The notes beneath the pieces are model-generated. The model was given only the letters and a program-made list of their open reading frames with translations. It had not been told where the DNA came from and made no database searches. A stretch of DNA of 55,308 nt from Clostridiales bacterium (GTDB lineage: Bacteria > Bacillota > Clostridia > Christensenellales > CAG-314): the NCBI GenBank assembly GCA_004558105.1, contig SFEB01000001.1, forward strand, positions 1-55,308, read 5' to 3'. A program made the translations under genes and the position numbers. Positions 18,633 to 27,430 of the stretch are shown piece after piece. Numbering within the stretch: the first letter of the stretch is position 1; each line of letters begins with the position of its first letter.

Positions 18633-19802
18633 ATGAATGATTCTTTAGCACTAAAAAAACATTTTGAATGGAAAGGAAAGATAGAAACCAAAGTTAAAGT
18701 ACCCGTTGATACACAGGAAGAACTTGCTATTGCATATACCCCCGGAGTTGCCGACGCATGCGTGGCGATAAAAGAAAACCCTGAACTCAGTTTCGAATTG
18801 ACGGGTCGGGCAAATACCGTTGCGGTTATAACCGACGGCACGGCTATTTTAGGTCTGGGCAATATAGGTCCCGAGGCAGGTATGCCCGTAATGGAAGGCA
18901 AATGCGCCTTGTTCAAGCGTTTCGGCAACGTTGACGCTTTTCCGCTTTGTCTCCGCACTACCGATACGGAAGAGATAATAAAGACGATAAAATATCTGGA
19001 GGGCAGTTTCGGCGGCATCAATCTGGAGGATATTGCCGCTCCGCGCTGCTTTGAAATAGAGACCAGATTGAAGAAAGAACTTGATATTCCTGTATTTCAC
19101 GACGACCAGCATGGCACTGCGATTGTAGTGGGCGCGGCTTTGATTAACGCGTTAAAAGTCGCTAAAAAGCAGATTGGCGACGTGAAAGTCGTGGTTAACG
19201 GCGCAGGAGCGGCAGGTACGGCGATATCTAAGTACCTTCTTTTTATGGGCGCAGGTGACGTTGTAGTGTGCGATAAGTTCGGAATAATCAACAAGCATGA
19301 CGCTTCTTTGTCTCCGTCGCATGCTGAGTTGGCGAAGTTAACGAATAAAGAGGACAAAAAGGGTACGTTGTCCGACGCATTGGTCGGTGCAGACGTATTT
19401 ATCGGAGTATCGGCAGGTAACGTCGTGAGCGAGGAAATGGTGGCTAGTATGGCGTCCGATCCGATAGTTTTTGCAATGGCAAATCCCGTTCCCGAAATAT
19501 CTCCCGAAAAAGCCAGAAACGCCGGCGCTCTTATCGTCGGCACCGGAAGCAGTAAATATCCAAATCAAATCAATAACGCGTTGGTTTTCCCCGGGATTTT
19601 CCGTGGAGCGCTGGACGCAAGAGCGAGCGACGTCAATATGGAAATGATGGTAGCGGCAAGTAAAGGAATTGCTTCCGCCATACCCGACGAAGAGTTGACA
19701 ACCGAAAATATAATTCCTAAAGCGGTTGACGAAAATGCGCACAGAGCAGTTGCCCGCGCAGTATTTCAAGCCGCTAAAGACAGCGGTGTGGCTCGCAGAT
19801 GA
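18633..19802 (+). CDS. NAD(P)-dependent malic enzyme (short, YtsJ/MaeB N-domain type)
   Basis: LAIAYTPGVA, GLGNIGP.AGMPVMEGK, FGGINLEDI, FHDDQHGTA, NGAGAAG, ANPVPEI. Confidence 0.9.
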   Translation: MNDSLALKKHFEWKGKIETKVKVPVDTQEELAIAYTPGVADACVAIKENPELSFELTGRANTVAVITDGTAILGLGNIGPEAGMPVMEGKCALFKRFGNVDAFPLCLRTTDTEEIIKTIKYLEGSFGGINLEDIAAPRCFEIETRLKKELDIPVFHDDQHGTAIVVGAALINALKVAKKQIGDVKVVVNGAGAAGTAISKYLLFMGAGDVVVCDKFGIINKHDASLSPSHAELAKLTNKEDKKGTLSDALVGADVFIGVSAGNVVSEEMVASMASDPIVFAMANPVPEISPEKARNAGALIVGTGSSKYPNQINNALVFPGIFRGALDARASDVNMEMMVAASKGIASAIPDEELTTENIIPKAVDENAHRAVARAVFQAAKDSGVARR

Positions 19803-19819
19803 AATAAAACCTTTTGATA

Positions 19820-19858
19820 AAAAACACTTTCCGGGAAAATCTCGGAAAGTGCTTTTTT
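19820..19858. terminator. Bidirectional rho-independent terminator between the convergent malic enzyme and recombinase genes
   Basis: 9-bp stem cactttccg/cggaaagtg with 9-nt loop, flanked by an A-run (19820-19824) and a T-run (19853-19858). Confidence 0.7.
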
Positions 19859-20702
19859 ATGACACAAGACTGAGTTTGTCAAGGGTTGTCCTGTGTTCTT
19901 TTCCCGTTGAAATAAGATAAATCCTTGTCGTATCGATACTGGAGTGTCCTAGTACGTCCGACAGTCTGACGAGGTCATGGCATTGGTCGTAAAAGGTTTT
20001 CGCAAATAGATGACGGAGATTGTGCGGATAAACTTTACTCGTTTCTATACCTGCATATTTGCTTGCCTTTTTCATTTCTCGCCAGATATGTCGCCTGTCC
20101 ATTGGATTTTTGTTTCGCGTGACAAAAATCTCTCCCGAGGTAATGCTTTTTTCTTTTGCGTAGGCAATAAGTTGTTTAGATAGAGCGGCAGGGAGGAGGA
20201 TGGTTCGGATTTTTCCTTTGAGGCTTATTTCCGCCTTTCCTTTTATTGCGTTTTCCAGCGTTATATATTTCAGTTCCGAAACTCGTATGCCCGTTGAGCA
20301 AATCGTCTGTACCAATAGCAGAAGTTTTTGTGTTTTCGGGTTTTTCTTTAAAGCTTCGATAATTTTTAAATATTCTTTTCTGGTCAAATCCCGATTATCC
20401 TCTCTGAAAAGTTTTTTGGAAACCACAAGATATTTTATCCGCCAGTCTGAGTGGTTTTTGAAACTGAAAAATTTATTGACTGCCGCAAGATATCCGTTGA
20501 CTGTCTGAGGTGCAAAACCTTTATCGATAAGAGCCTTTTTCCATTCGATTGCAGTGTTTTTGTTTGCTACCCGTCCCTTTAAAAACTCGGCGTAACCGGT
20601 GATGCATTTTACGTATTTTTCTACGGTATGTGCGCCGCGTTCTTCCGCCCTGAGTTTTTTTTCGAAATCGTTTACTTCTTTTTTAGTTAAAATAATTGCC
20701 AT
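19857..20702 (-). CDS. Tyrosine site-specific recombinase (phage-integrase/Xer-like family), orphan
   Basis: N-terminal SAM-like core-binding domain. Catalytic residues: R in TGIRVSEL, HNLRH (H-x-x-R), GHSSI, and the Tyr nucleophile in TTRIYL. Confidence 0.85.
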   Translation of the reverse strand: MAIILTKKEVNDFEKKLRAEERGAHTVEKYVKCITGYAEFLKGRVANKNTAIEWKKALIDKGFAPQTVNGYLAAVNKFFSFKNHSDWRIKYLVVSKKLFREDNRDLTRKEYLKIIEALKKNPKTQKLLLLVQTICSTGIRVSELKYITLENAIKGKAEISLKGKIRTILLPAALSKQLIAYAKEKSITSGEIFVTRNKNPMDRRHIWREMKKASKYAGIETSKVYPHNLRHLFAKTFYDQCHDLVRLSDVLGHSSIDTTRIYLISTGKEHRTTLDKLSLVS

Positions 20703-20727
20703 TTTTTTACTCCTTTGTTTTTTATTA

Positions 20728-20755
20728 ATAAAAAACTCCGCAGAAAGCGGAGTTT
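20728..20755 (-). terminator. Rho-independent terminator downstream of ttcA
   Basis: On the minus strand: stem aactccgc/gcggagtt with 5-nt loop, followed by TTTTTTATT. It sits about 25 nt upstream of the recombinase start codon. Confidence 0.7.
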
Positions 20756-20786
20756 AATATCTCTGTAGTGGTTTATATTTATTCGT

Positions 20787-21539
20787 TCATTCTTCTTGTT
20801 CTTTTTTGTATTTTTCTTCTACGTTGTCCCACAGGTTGTATCGGTCGTAGCACGTTATAGCTGCGCCTATGCGGTCTTTTGCAAAGGGATTGTCGACGCA
20901 GATGTTTTTGATAAGTTCCTTCATCGATTGGCGTTGCGTGTGCTTGTCGGCAGGGCAGGGATTGAATGCAACGGGTAGATTCTGCTGTGTTGCGTATGCC
21001 GCAATATCTTTTTCCTCGATATAGACCATAGGTCTGATCAAAGAAATTCTGCTTCTGCTCATAAAGTTTTTTGGGGCGAAGGTATTTAGTCTTCCTTCAA
21101 AAATCATACTTAAAAAGAAAGTTTCGATAACGTCGTCTTTGTGGTGTCCCAAAGCCAATTTATTGCATCCGTTATTGATTAAAACAGTATTAAGCGCGCC
21201 GCGGCGCATTTTACTGCAAAGACTGCAAGGATTGGTTTCTTTACGTACGTCAAAAATAATTTCGGCGATATCCGTTTTTTCAACGATATACGGGATATCG
21301 AGATTTTTGCACCACTCTGCTATACCGTCAAAGCTCATTCCCTTAAATCCCATATCGATAGTTATCGCCAGAAGGTCGAACTTTTGCGGCGAAAACCGCT
21401 GATATGCTTTGAGTAAAGCCAACAAAGTAAGACTGTCTTTGCCTCCGCTTACGCCTACGGCAATTTTATCTCCGTCTTGTATCATATCGAATTCTGTGAT
21501 TGCTTTTCTGAACGGCGCTAAAAGTTGTTGCGTTTTCAT
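20787..21539 (-). CDS. ttcA: tRNA 2-thiocytidine biosynthesis TtcA-family PP-loop ATPase
   Basis: PP-loop GVSGGKDS, NPCSLCSKMRRGAL and a C-terminal Cys motif (NPCPADKH), typical of the TtcA family. Confidence 0.8.
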   Translation of the reverse strand: MKTQQLLAPFRKAITEFDMIQDGDKIAVGVSGGKDSLTLLALLKAYQRFSPQKFDLLAITIDMGFKGMSFDGIAEWCKNLDIPYIVEKTDIAEIIFDVRKETNPCSLCSKMRRGALNTVLINNGCNKLALGHHKDDVIETFFLSMIFEGRLNTFAPKNFMSRSRISLIRPMVYIEEKDIAAYATQQNLPVAFNPCPADKHTQRQSMKELIKNICVDNPFAKDRIGAAITCYDRYNLWDNVEEKYKKEQEE

Positions 21540-21557
21540 ATTTTCCTCCGCCGTAAT

Positions 21558-21586
21558 ATTTTAGCAGACAAAAGCTTTATCGCCAA
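21558..21586 (-). promoter_or_regulatory. Candidate sigma-A promoter for ttcA
   Basis: Minus strand: TTGGCG, 17 nt, TAAAAT. Confidence 0.45.
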
Positions 21587-21624
21587 CTGTTTTTACCCTT
21601 TTTTCAGCAATTTTTACGTTACAA

Positions 21625-21653
21625 TTGCCAAATCGTTCCTTTTGATATATAAT
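21625..21653 (+). promoter_or_regulatory. Candidate sigma-A promoter for the MBL hydrolase / shikimate operon
   Basis: TTGCCA (21625-21630), 17-nt spacer, TATAAT (21648-21653). A 6-bp inverted repeat GCGTGA-n6-TCACGC lies just downstream in the leader. Confidence 0.55.
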
Positions 21654-21726
21654 ATAGGTGATAAATCGGCGTGACGTTATTCACGCATTGAAAGTCACAA
21701 TAAACGTCGGTACAGGAGGCAAGTAT

Positions 21727-23052
21727 ATGGCAAATAAAAAACAGAATACCGAAAAAACGGCAAAATCAAAATCGCAACAACGTAAAGAAGTCGGTGCGTT
21801 TGCGTTGGGCGCGGCTGCCGTGGGCTTCGCGGCTGCAAAAGCAGCGAAAAAAGGTAAAAACAAAAAGCAAAAAAAGGTGATTAATGCCGTTGCATTTATT
21901 CTCGTCGTAGTAATAATAGTTTGCGGCGTAATGTTTTATATGGATATCGCTCCGTTCAATTTTGAGATAAACGGCGATTCCTTTAAATTTTATTCCTATA
22001 CTCCGATTATTCCAGTAAAGGATATAGGAGATTTACAACTTTCGGACTTCCGCTTGCACGTTATCGACGTCAATCAGGGCGATTGTCTGTTTTTGCAACT
22101 TCCGGACGGTAAAAACATGTTGATAGACGGCGCTAAAAAGAGCGACGTTATCGCAAACGGTATTTTGGATTACCTTTTTGCAGACGCAAACGGTATAGCG
22201 GCAGACGGTAAAGTAGTTATCGATTACGTGGTGCTTACTCACGCCGACGCAGACCATTGCGGTAGCCTTGACGACGTTATTAAAAGCGACAAGGTGGACG
22301 TAAAAAACGTTTACCGTCCGTTGATTTTATCAAGTTATGAAAGCGATTCGCTTAAAGAATACGCGTCTGCCAATAACCTTGGTTACTCCACCATTACTAC
22401 CGTCGTTTACAAGGAATTCGTCAAGGCGGTAGAAGAAGAAAACGGTTGTCAGACTTATTACAATCTGGGCAATCGTACTCTGTCGGGCGACGGCTACACG
22501 ATGTATTTTTTCAATCCGACGATAGACATGTATCAGGACGTTAAGTCCGCTCAGGATAAAAACAACGTTTCTCCCATTATCATACTTGACTTGGAAGTCG
22601 CGGGTAAAAAGATCGCCCTGACGGGTGACGCAGACAAGGAGCAGGAAGACAACTTTATATCTCAACTTTCCGACAATGAGTACGGTATTGACTCAGCGTT
22701 CTGCGACGTCGATATTTTAAAAGTCGCCCACCACGGAGGCAAAGAATCAAGCAATCAGGAGTTTCTTGAAGTCGTCAAACCCGAATACGCGCTTATCAGC
22801 GTAGGAGCGAAAAATACTTACGGTCACCCGACGCAAGAAGCGTTACAACGTCTTGACGGCATCGGATGCAAAACGATTTACCGTACCGACCTTAACGGAA
22901 GTATAGTCGTCACCGTTACTGCCGACGGAACCCTAAGTTTTGATACTACCGGCAGCGTTTCGGCAGCGGCAGGCGCAGGAAGGTTCGGTTACGACTTCTT
23001 TGCTGTGTACAAAAATCTGATAAAGTCAGCAAAACAATACATGGCGGCGTAA
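21727..23052 (+). CDS. Membrane-anchored ComEC/Rec2-type metallo-beta-lactamase-fold hydrolase
   Basis: ATG-21727 has an AGGAGG SD, so the ORF-track start at 21658 is rejected. Polybasic N-terminus plus one TM. MBL motifs: VIDVNQGD, LTHADADHCG, LKVAHHGG, ISVG..N.YGHP. Confidence 0.75.
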   Translation: MANKKQNTEKTAKSKSQQRKEVGAFALGAAAVGFAAAKAAKKGKNKKQKKVINAVAFILVVVIIVCGVMFYMDIAPFNFEINGDSFKFYSYTPIIPVKDIGDLQLSDFRLHVIDVNQGDCLFLQLPDGKNMLIDGAKKSDVIANGILDYLFADANGIAADGKVVIDYVVLTHADADHCGSLDDVIKSDKVDVKNVYRPLILSSYESDSLKEYASANNLGYSTITTVVYKEFVKAVEEENGCQTYYNLGNRTLSGDGYTMYFFNPTIDMYQDVKSAQDKNNVSPIIILDLEVAGKKIALTGDADKEQEDNFISQLSDNEYGIDSAFCDVDILKVAHHGGKESSNQEFLEVVKPEYALISVGAKNTYGHPTQEALQRLDGIGCKTIYRTDLNGSIVVTVTADGTLSFDTTGSVSAAAGAGRFGYDFFAVYKNLIKSAKQYMAA

Positions 23053-23056
23053 TAAT

Positions 23057-25006
23057 ATGATAAAGTTTTTTGCAAAAGGTTTTTCGCACGGCAAGGGATA
23101 CCTTTGTACCGCGGTCGGCTTGCCGGAAGGGTACAGAATAGATACGAACGCCGTTGCCTGCGAACTTTCCCGCCGTCGCGAAGGGATAGGGCGTAGTCCT
23201 CGCATGAAAAATGAAGATGATAAGATAACTTTTTTAAGCGGTATAGACGCAAACGGTCGTACCGACGGGAGTCCTTTGCAATTTTTTATTTCAAACAACG
23301 ATACAACGTTGCCGAAAAAACCGCCCATAACGGCGTTGAGAAGCGGACATGCCGACCTTGTCGGTTGCGTAAAATACGGTCTTGACGACGCCCGAATTGT
23401 CTGTGAACTTGCTTCTGCGAGACGTACCGTCGCTTATACCGCGTTCGGTGCGATATGTAAACAGATTTTAGCGACGAAAAATATTTATACGTATTCTGAA
23501 GTAACGCAAATAGGAAAAGTTAAGAGGGACGGTAAGGTTGATTTTGACGCACTCAGTACTGCGGAAATACTTTCTGCGCGAGAAAACGGCGAGAGTATAG
23601 GCGGCAAGGTCATGGTGGGCTGTAACGGTCTTGGTATGGGGATGGGTAATTTAATCGATTATGAAAATCGTCTTGACGGTATAATTGCTCATGCTTTGAT
23701 GAGTATACCTTCCGTCAAAGGTGTGGAGTTCGGTCTCGGCACGCTTTTTTCCGATAAAACAAACGGACAGGTTGCCGACGTATTGACGGTAAAAGACGGA
23801 AAAATCGTTTATGCCACCAACAATTGCGGCGGCATCGTAGGCGGACTTACCAACGGTAACGATATTGTCGCCACTTTAACGGTCAAGCCCGTTCCGACTA
23901 CGAAAAAAGGCGTGGAAACGGTGGATTTGGTTACCGGAGAAAGAAGCGTTTCGCACTACGAACGCAGTGATACGTGCGTAGTAAGCAACGTCGGAGTCAT
24001 TGCAGAAAATATTCTTGCCGCCACAGTTCTTGATATTGTTTTGCAATACGAAAATGCTACCGTTCGTTACGAAAAATTCGACAAGAATTGCGTCACGGGG
24101 AATAAGGTTTTCGTCGTAGACAAAAAGGTAATGCCTTTAATCAATCTAAACGGCGAAAAAGTTTTTGCGATAGAAAACCCCGAAAAAGAGAAAAACTTGC
24201 TGACAGTTGAAAAATTGTTGACCTTTTTTTCGGAAAACAAGTTAAAACGTACCGACTGGGTTGTGGCGATAGGCGGCGGCGCATTGTCGGATACGGCAGG
24301 TTTTTCGGCAGCAATATACAAGCGCGGCGTAAATATTTGTCTTGTTCCGACTACTTTGTTGTCTATGGTCGACGCGGCGCACGGCGGAAAAAACGCCGTC
24401 AATTTCGACAACGTAAAAAACGTGATAGGTACGTTTTATAAACCCCGGAAAGTAATCGTGGATTTTGATTTTTTAAACACCAACACGCAACTATTGAAGA
24501 AAGAGGCTTTTGGTGAAATAATCAAATGCGCTTTACTCGATAACAAAGTTATGTCGGCGCTCAAAGCCGACGCCGATATAAAGGAATTGATTAAACTTTG
24601 TATTTCCTTTAAGAACGAAGTAGTTAACCGTGACCCTTACGACCTTTTTTGGCGAAAACAACTCAACCTCGGTCACACTTTCGGACATGCTTTTGAACGT
24701 ACGTTTAGTCTGCCGCATGGCGAGGCGGTTTTACAAGGCTTGTTTTACGAAACTATGCTTGCCGGGTACGTCGGCGCGACGGAAAAGGAGTTTTGTGAGA
24801 AGACACTTGATTTTCTCACCCGTTACGTAACCCCGATACGCATTTTGCCGACCGATGCGGAAAGAATAATTGATTTTTGTATGGCGGACAAAAAGAACGA
24901 AAATGAAAATATATGTTTCGTTTTTGCGGCGCCGTATTTTGATTTTGAATTAAAAAACGTCGATAAACGGACGGTTAAGGAGTTTTTTGCCCATGTCTAC
25001 AACTAA
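23057..25006 (+). CDS. Bifunctional chorismate synthase / 3-dehydroquinate synthase fusion (AroC-AroB)
   Basis: Residues ~1-333 carry chorismate-synthase motifs: GFSHGKG, LSRRREGIGRSPRM, RSGHADL, NNCGGIVGG.TNG, ERSD.C. Residues ~336-649 carry DHQ-synthase motifs: IGGGALSDTAGF, VPTTLLSMVDAAHGGKNAVN, LNLGHTFGHAFE, HGEAV. One uninterrupted frame. Confidence 0.85.
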   Translation: MIKFFAKGFSHGKGYLCTAVGLPEGYRIDTNAVACELSRRREGIGRSPRMKNEDDKITFLSGIDANGRTDGSPLQFFISNNDTTLPKKPPITALRSGHADLVGCVKYGLDDARIVCELASARRTVAYTAFGAICKQILATKNIYTYSEVTQIGKVKRDGKVDFDALSTAEILSARENGESIGGKVMVGCNGLGMGMGNLIDYENRLDGIIAHALMSIPSVKGVEFGLGTLFSDKTNGQVADVLTVKDGKIVYATNNCGGIVGGLTNGNDIVATLTVKPVPTTKKGVETVDLVTGERSVSHYERSDTCVVSNVGVIAENILAATVLDIVLQYENATVRYEKFDKNCVTGNKVFVVDKKVMPLINLNGEKVFAIENPEKEKNLLTVEKLLTFFSENKLKRTDWVVAIGGGALSDTAGFSAAIYKRGVNICLVPTTLLSMVDAAHGGKNAVNFDNVKNVIGTFYKPRKVIVDFDFLNTNTQLLKKEAFGEIIKCALLDNKVMSALKADADIKELIKLCISFKNEVVNRDPYDLFWRKQLNLGHTFGHAFERTFSLPHGEAVLQGLFYETMLAGYVGATEKEFCEKTLDFLTRYVTPIRILPTDAERIIDFCMADKKNENENICFVFAAPYFDFELKNVDKRTVKEFFAHVYN

Positions 25007-27005
25007 ACAAGCAAGAAAAACCTTAAAATACTTAAATTTGCCGTACGGCGACAAATCGATTACTCATCGTGCGCTTATTTGCGCCGCTTTGTCGGACGGT
25101 AAATGTACTTTAACCAACGCTGCGCTCAATGCCGACACTTACGCAACCATATCGTGTCTTAACGCAATAGGTGCAAAAATAACTGTTTTGGGCGGCGGAA
25201 AAATAGAAGTTAACCCTGTTTTAACGCCCAACACCGACGTCGTTTTGAATTGTCTTAACAGCGGAACGACTGCCAGAATGTTGGCAGGCGTTGCCGTCGG
25301 ATTGAATATTCACGCCACCTTTATCGGTGACGAAAGCTTGTCGAAACGTCCGATGCAACGCGTTATCCGTCCTTTAACGGCAATGGGAGGCAGGATAGAA
25401 GAAAAAGAAGGCTGTCTTTTTGAAGTTTTCAAGCACGGCGAATTGCACGGAATAGATTACGAAATGCCCTCTCCGTCGGCGCAGGTCAAGAGCGCAATAC
25501 TCTTAGCAGGATTGTTTGCAAAAGGCAAAACTTCGGTAAAAGAAGCCTTCGCTACCCGTAATCATACCGAACTGATGCTTAAACGCTTTTCTGCGGACGT
25601 TTCGTGTGCCGACGGTCGGGTTTCCGTTTCGGGCGGTTTTCCGCTTAAAGCCAATGACGTCGATATTCCAAACGATTTTTCCACGGCGGCGGTGTTGATA
25701 GCGATGCATGCAACCGATCCGGACGGCGTATTGATATCAGACGTCGGCTTAAATCCCACGCGGACTGCTTTTTTGGAGTGGCTTAGACTTGGCGGAGCGG
25801 AAGTGAACGTAACAGTTAAAGGTAATGCGAGCGGTGAAAACGTAGGCGACGTTTACGTCAACGCCTCTGCGTTAAGAGCCGTAAATTCAACGTACGCACT
25901 GAGTAATAAAATGATTGACGAAGTACCGTTGGCATGCCTTATGGCCGCCACGGCGCAAGGCAACAGCCGATTTGAAGGGCTTGGTGAACTTACAAAAAAA
26001 GAAAGCGACAGACTTGCCGCAACGGAAGAAATTTTAAATTCTTACGGCGTTAAAACCGAATGCGACGGAAACGATTTAACGGTTTTCGGCGGTGCGCTGA
26101 CGACGCCCGACAGCGTAGTTTCTACTGACGACCACCGTATGGCAATGCTTAATATTGCGGCAAGCAGTATATGTGAAAAACCGTATATTCCGCATAACAG
26201 CCGTTGCATCGACGTTTCTTGCCCAAACTTTTTACGGATGCTAGGCAATCCTTACCGTTGGGGATTGTTCGGTACGGACGTCACTCACAGTCTTTCGCCG
26301 TTACTTTACAAAGTACTTTGTTCTGTTACGGGAGTAAAAGCGGAATATAGTCTGTTCAATCTTTCGGAAAAAGAGTTTGATTCGGGTTTTAAGAATATTT
26401 TCAGTCGTCTTGACGGCGCAAACCTCACTATGCCGTTTAAAACCGTATTGACCGGTTTTGATGCGCCGGTTAATACGTTACTTAATCTCAACGGTACGGT
26501 CGTACCGTTCAATACCGACGGATTTGGACTGATAAACGCATTAAAGGATGAAGGAATAGAAGTCAAAGATAAAAACTTGTTAATTCTCGGTTGCGGCGGC
26601 ACGGCGAAAGAAGCGGTCAGGGTGCTTACGTTTAACGGCGCAAGAGTCACCTTGCGAAATCGTACTGCGAGTAAAGTCGAGGGTTTGAAAAAACTATATC
26701 CTTTGCAACCCGACGACGGGAAAACGATATTTGACGGCGTATTGTCTTTTTTACCGCCTACCGACGGATTGGCGCTTGTTACCGATCAAGAGTTAAAATC
26801 CGCTGATTTTGCATTTGACGCATGTTACGTTCAGCGAACGGTATTCTTTGCGCATGCCGTTGAAAATTGCAGGCGAGTTATCGGCGGGGAGAATATGTTG
26901 TTTTGGCAAGGCGTAAAAAATTTTGAAATATGGACGAACATGACCTTGACCGAAGAACGTATTTCCGCTGCCAAAAAGATGTTTTTTAAGGAGATTCGTA
27001 AATGA
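24993..27005 (+). CDS. Bifunctional EPSP synthase / shikimate dehydrogenase fusion (AroA-AroE)
   Basis: N-terminal part: GDKSITHRA, LNSGTTARM, SAQVKSA, DHRMAM (EPSP synthase). C-terminal 250 aa (nt 26253-27002): GLFGTDVTHSLSP, NLTMPFK, NTDGFG, LGCGGTAKEA (shikimate dehydrogenase). ATG-24993 preferred (AAGGAG 10 nt upstream). TTG-24987 is the alternative. Confidence 0.85.
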   Translation: MSTTKQARKTLKYLNLPYGDKSITHRALICAALSDGKCTLTNAALNADTYATISCLNAIGAKITVLGGGKIEVNPVLTPNTDVVLNCLNSGTTARMLAGVAVGLNIHATFIGDESLSKRPMQRVIRPLTAMGGRIEEKEGCLFEVFKHGELHGIDYEMPSPSAQVKSAILLAGLFAKGKTSVKEAFATRNHTELMLKRFSADVSCADGRVSVSGGFPLKANDVDIPNDFSTAAVLIAMHATDPDGVLISDVGLNPTRTAFLEWLRLGGAEVNVTVKGNASGENVGDVYVNASALRAVNSTYALSNKMIDEVPLACLMAATAQGNSRFEGLGELTKKESDRLAATEEILNSYGVKTECDGNDLTVFGGALTTPDSVVSTDDHRMAMLNIAASSICEKPYIPHNSRCIDVSCPNFLRMLGNPYRWGLFGTDVTHSLSPLLYKVLCSVTGVKAEYSLFNLSEKEFDSGFKNIFSRLDGANLTMPFKTVLTGFDAPVNTLLNLNGTVVPFNTDGFGLINALKDEGIEVKDKNLLILGCGGTAKEAVRVLTFNGARVTLRNRTASKVEGLKKLYPLQPDDGKTIFDGVLSFLPPTDGLALVTDQELKSADFAFDACYVQRTVFFAHAVENCRRVIGGENMLFWQGVKNFEIWTNMTLTEERISAAKKMFFKEIRK

Positions 27006-27430
27006 AAATTCTTGTAATAAACGGTCCGAATATGGATATGCTGGGTAAACGTAATCCTGCGCTTTACGGCGATATGACTTTAAAGCAACTTAGTAAAAAG
27101 GTTTCCGATTTTGCCAAGAAAAAAGGCGTAAAAACCGTTTTTTTTCAGTCTGCCTGCGAAGGAAAAATCGTCCGGATGATAAACCGCTTTCCTTGTGACG
27201 GAATATTGTTGAACGCGGCGGCGTACAGTCATACCAGCATAGCGATAAGAGACGCAATAGAGTGTTGCGGAAAAAAGGTGGTAGAAGTCCACTTGTCGGA
27301 CGTTACTGCGCGAGAAGATTTCAGAAAGGTTAGAATGTTTGACGGTGTGGTTGCGGCGTGTTTTTACGGCAAAGGATTAAACAGTTATCTCGAAGGTATA
27401 GACTTTTTGGCGACGGAGGTTGGCGCATGA
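27002..27430 (+). CDS. aroQ: Type II 3-dehydroquinate dehydratase
   Basis: ILVINGPNMDMLGKRNPALYG, NAAAYSHTS.AIRDA, EVHLSDV. ATGA overlap with the upstream gene. Confidence 0.9.
   Translation: MKILVINGPNMDMLGKRNPALYGDMTLKQLSKKVSDFAKKKGVKTVFFQSACEGKIVRMINRFPCDGILLNAAAYSHTSIAIRDAIECCGKKVVEVHLSDVTAREDFRKVRMFDGVVAACFYGKGLNSYLEGIDFLATEVGA

Noticed and set aside
19803-20786. Integrated prophage or ICE remnant around the tyrosine recombinase
   Set aside because: I saw no flanking direct repeats, tRNA target, excisionase, or other phage or conjugation genes. The neighbours on both sides are housekeeping genes with their own terminators.
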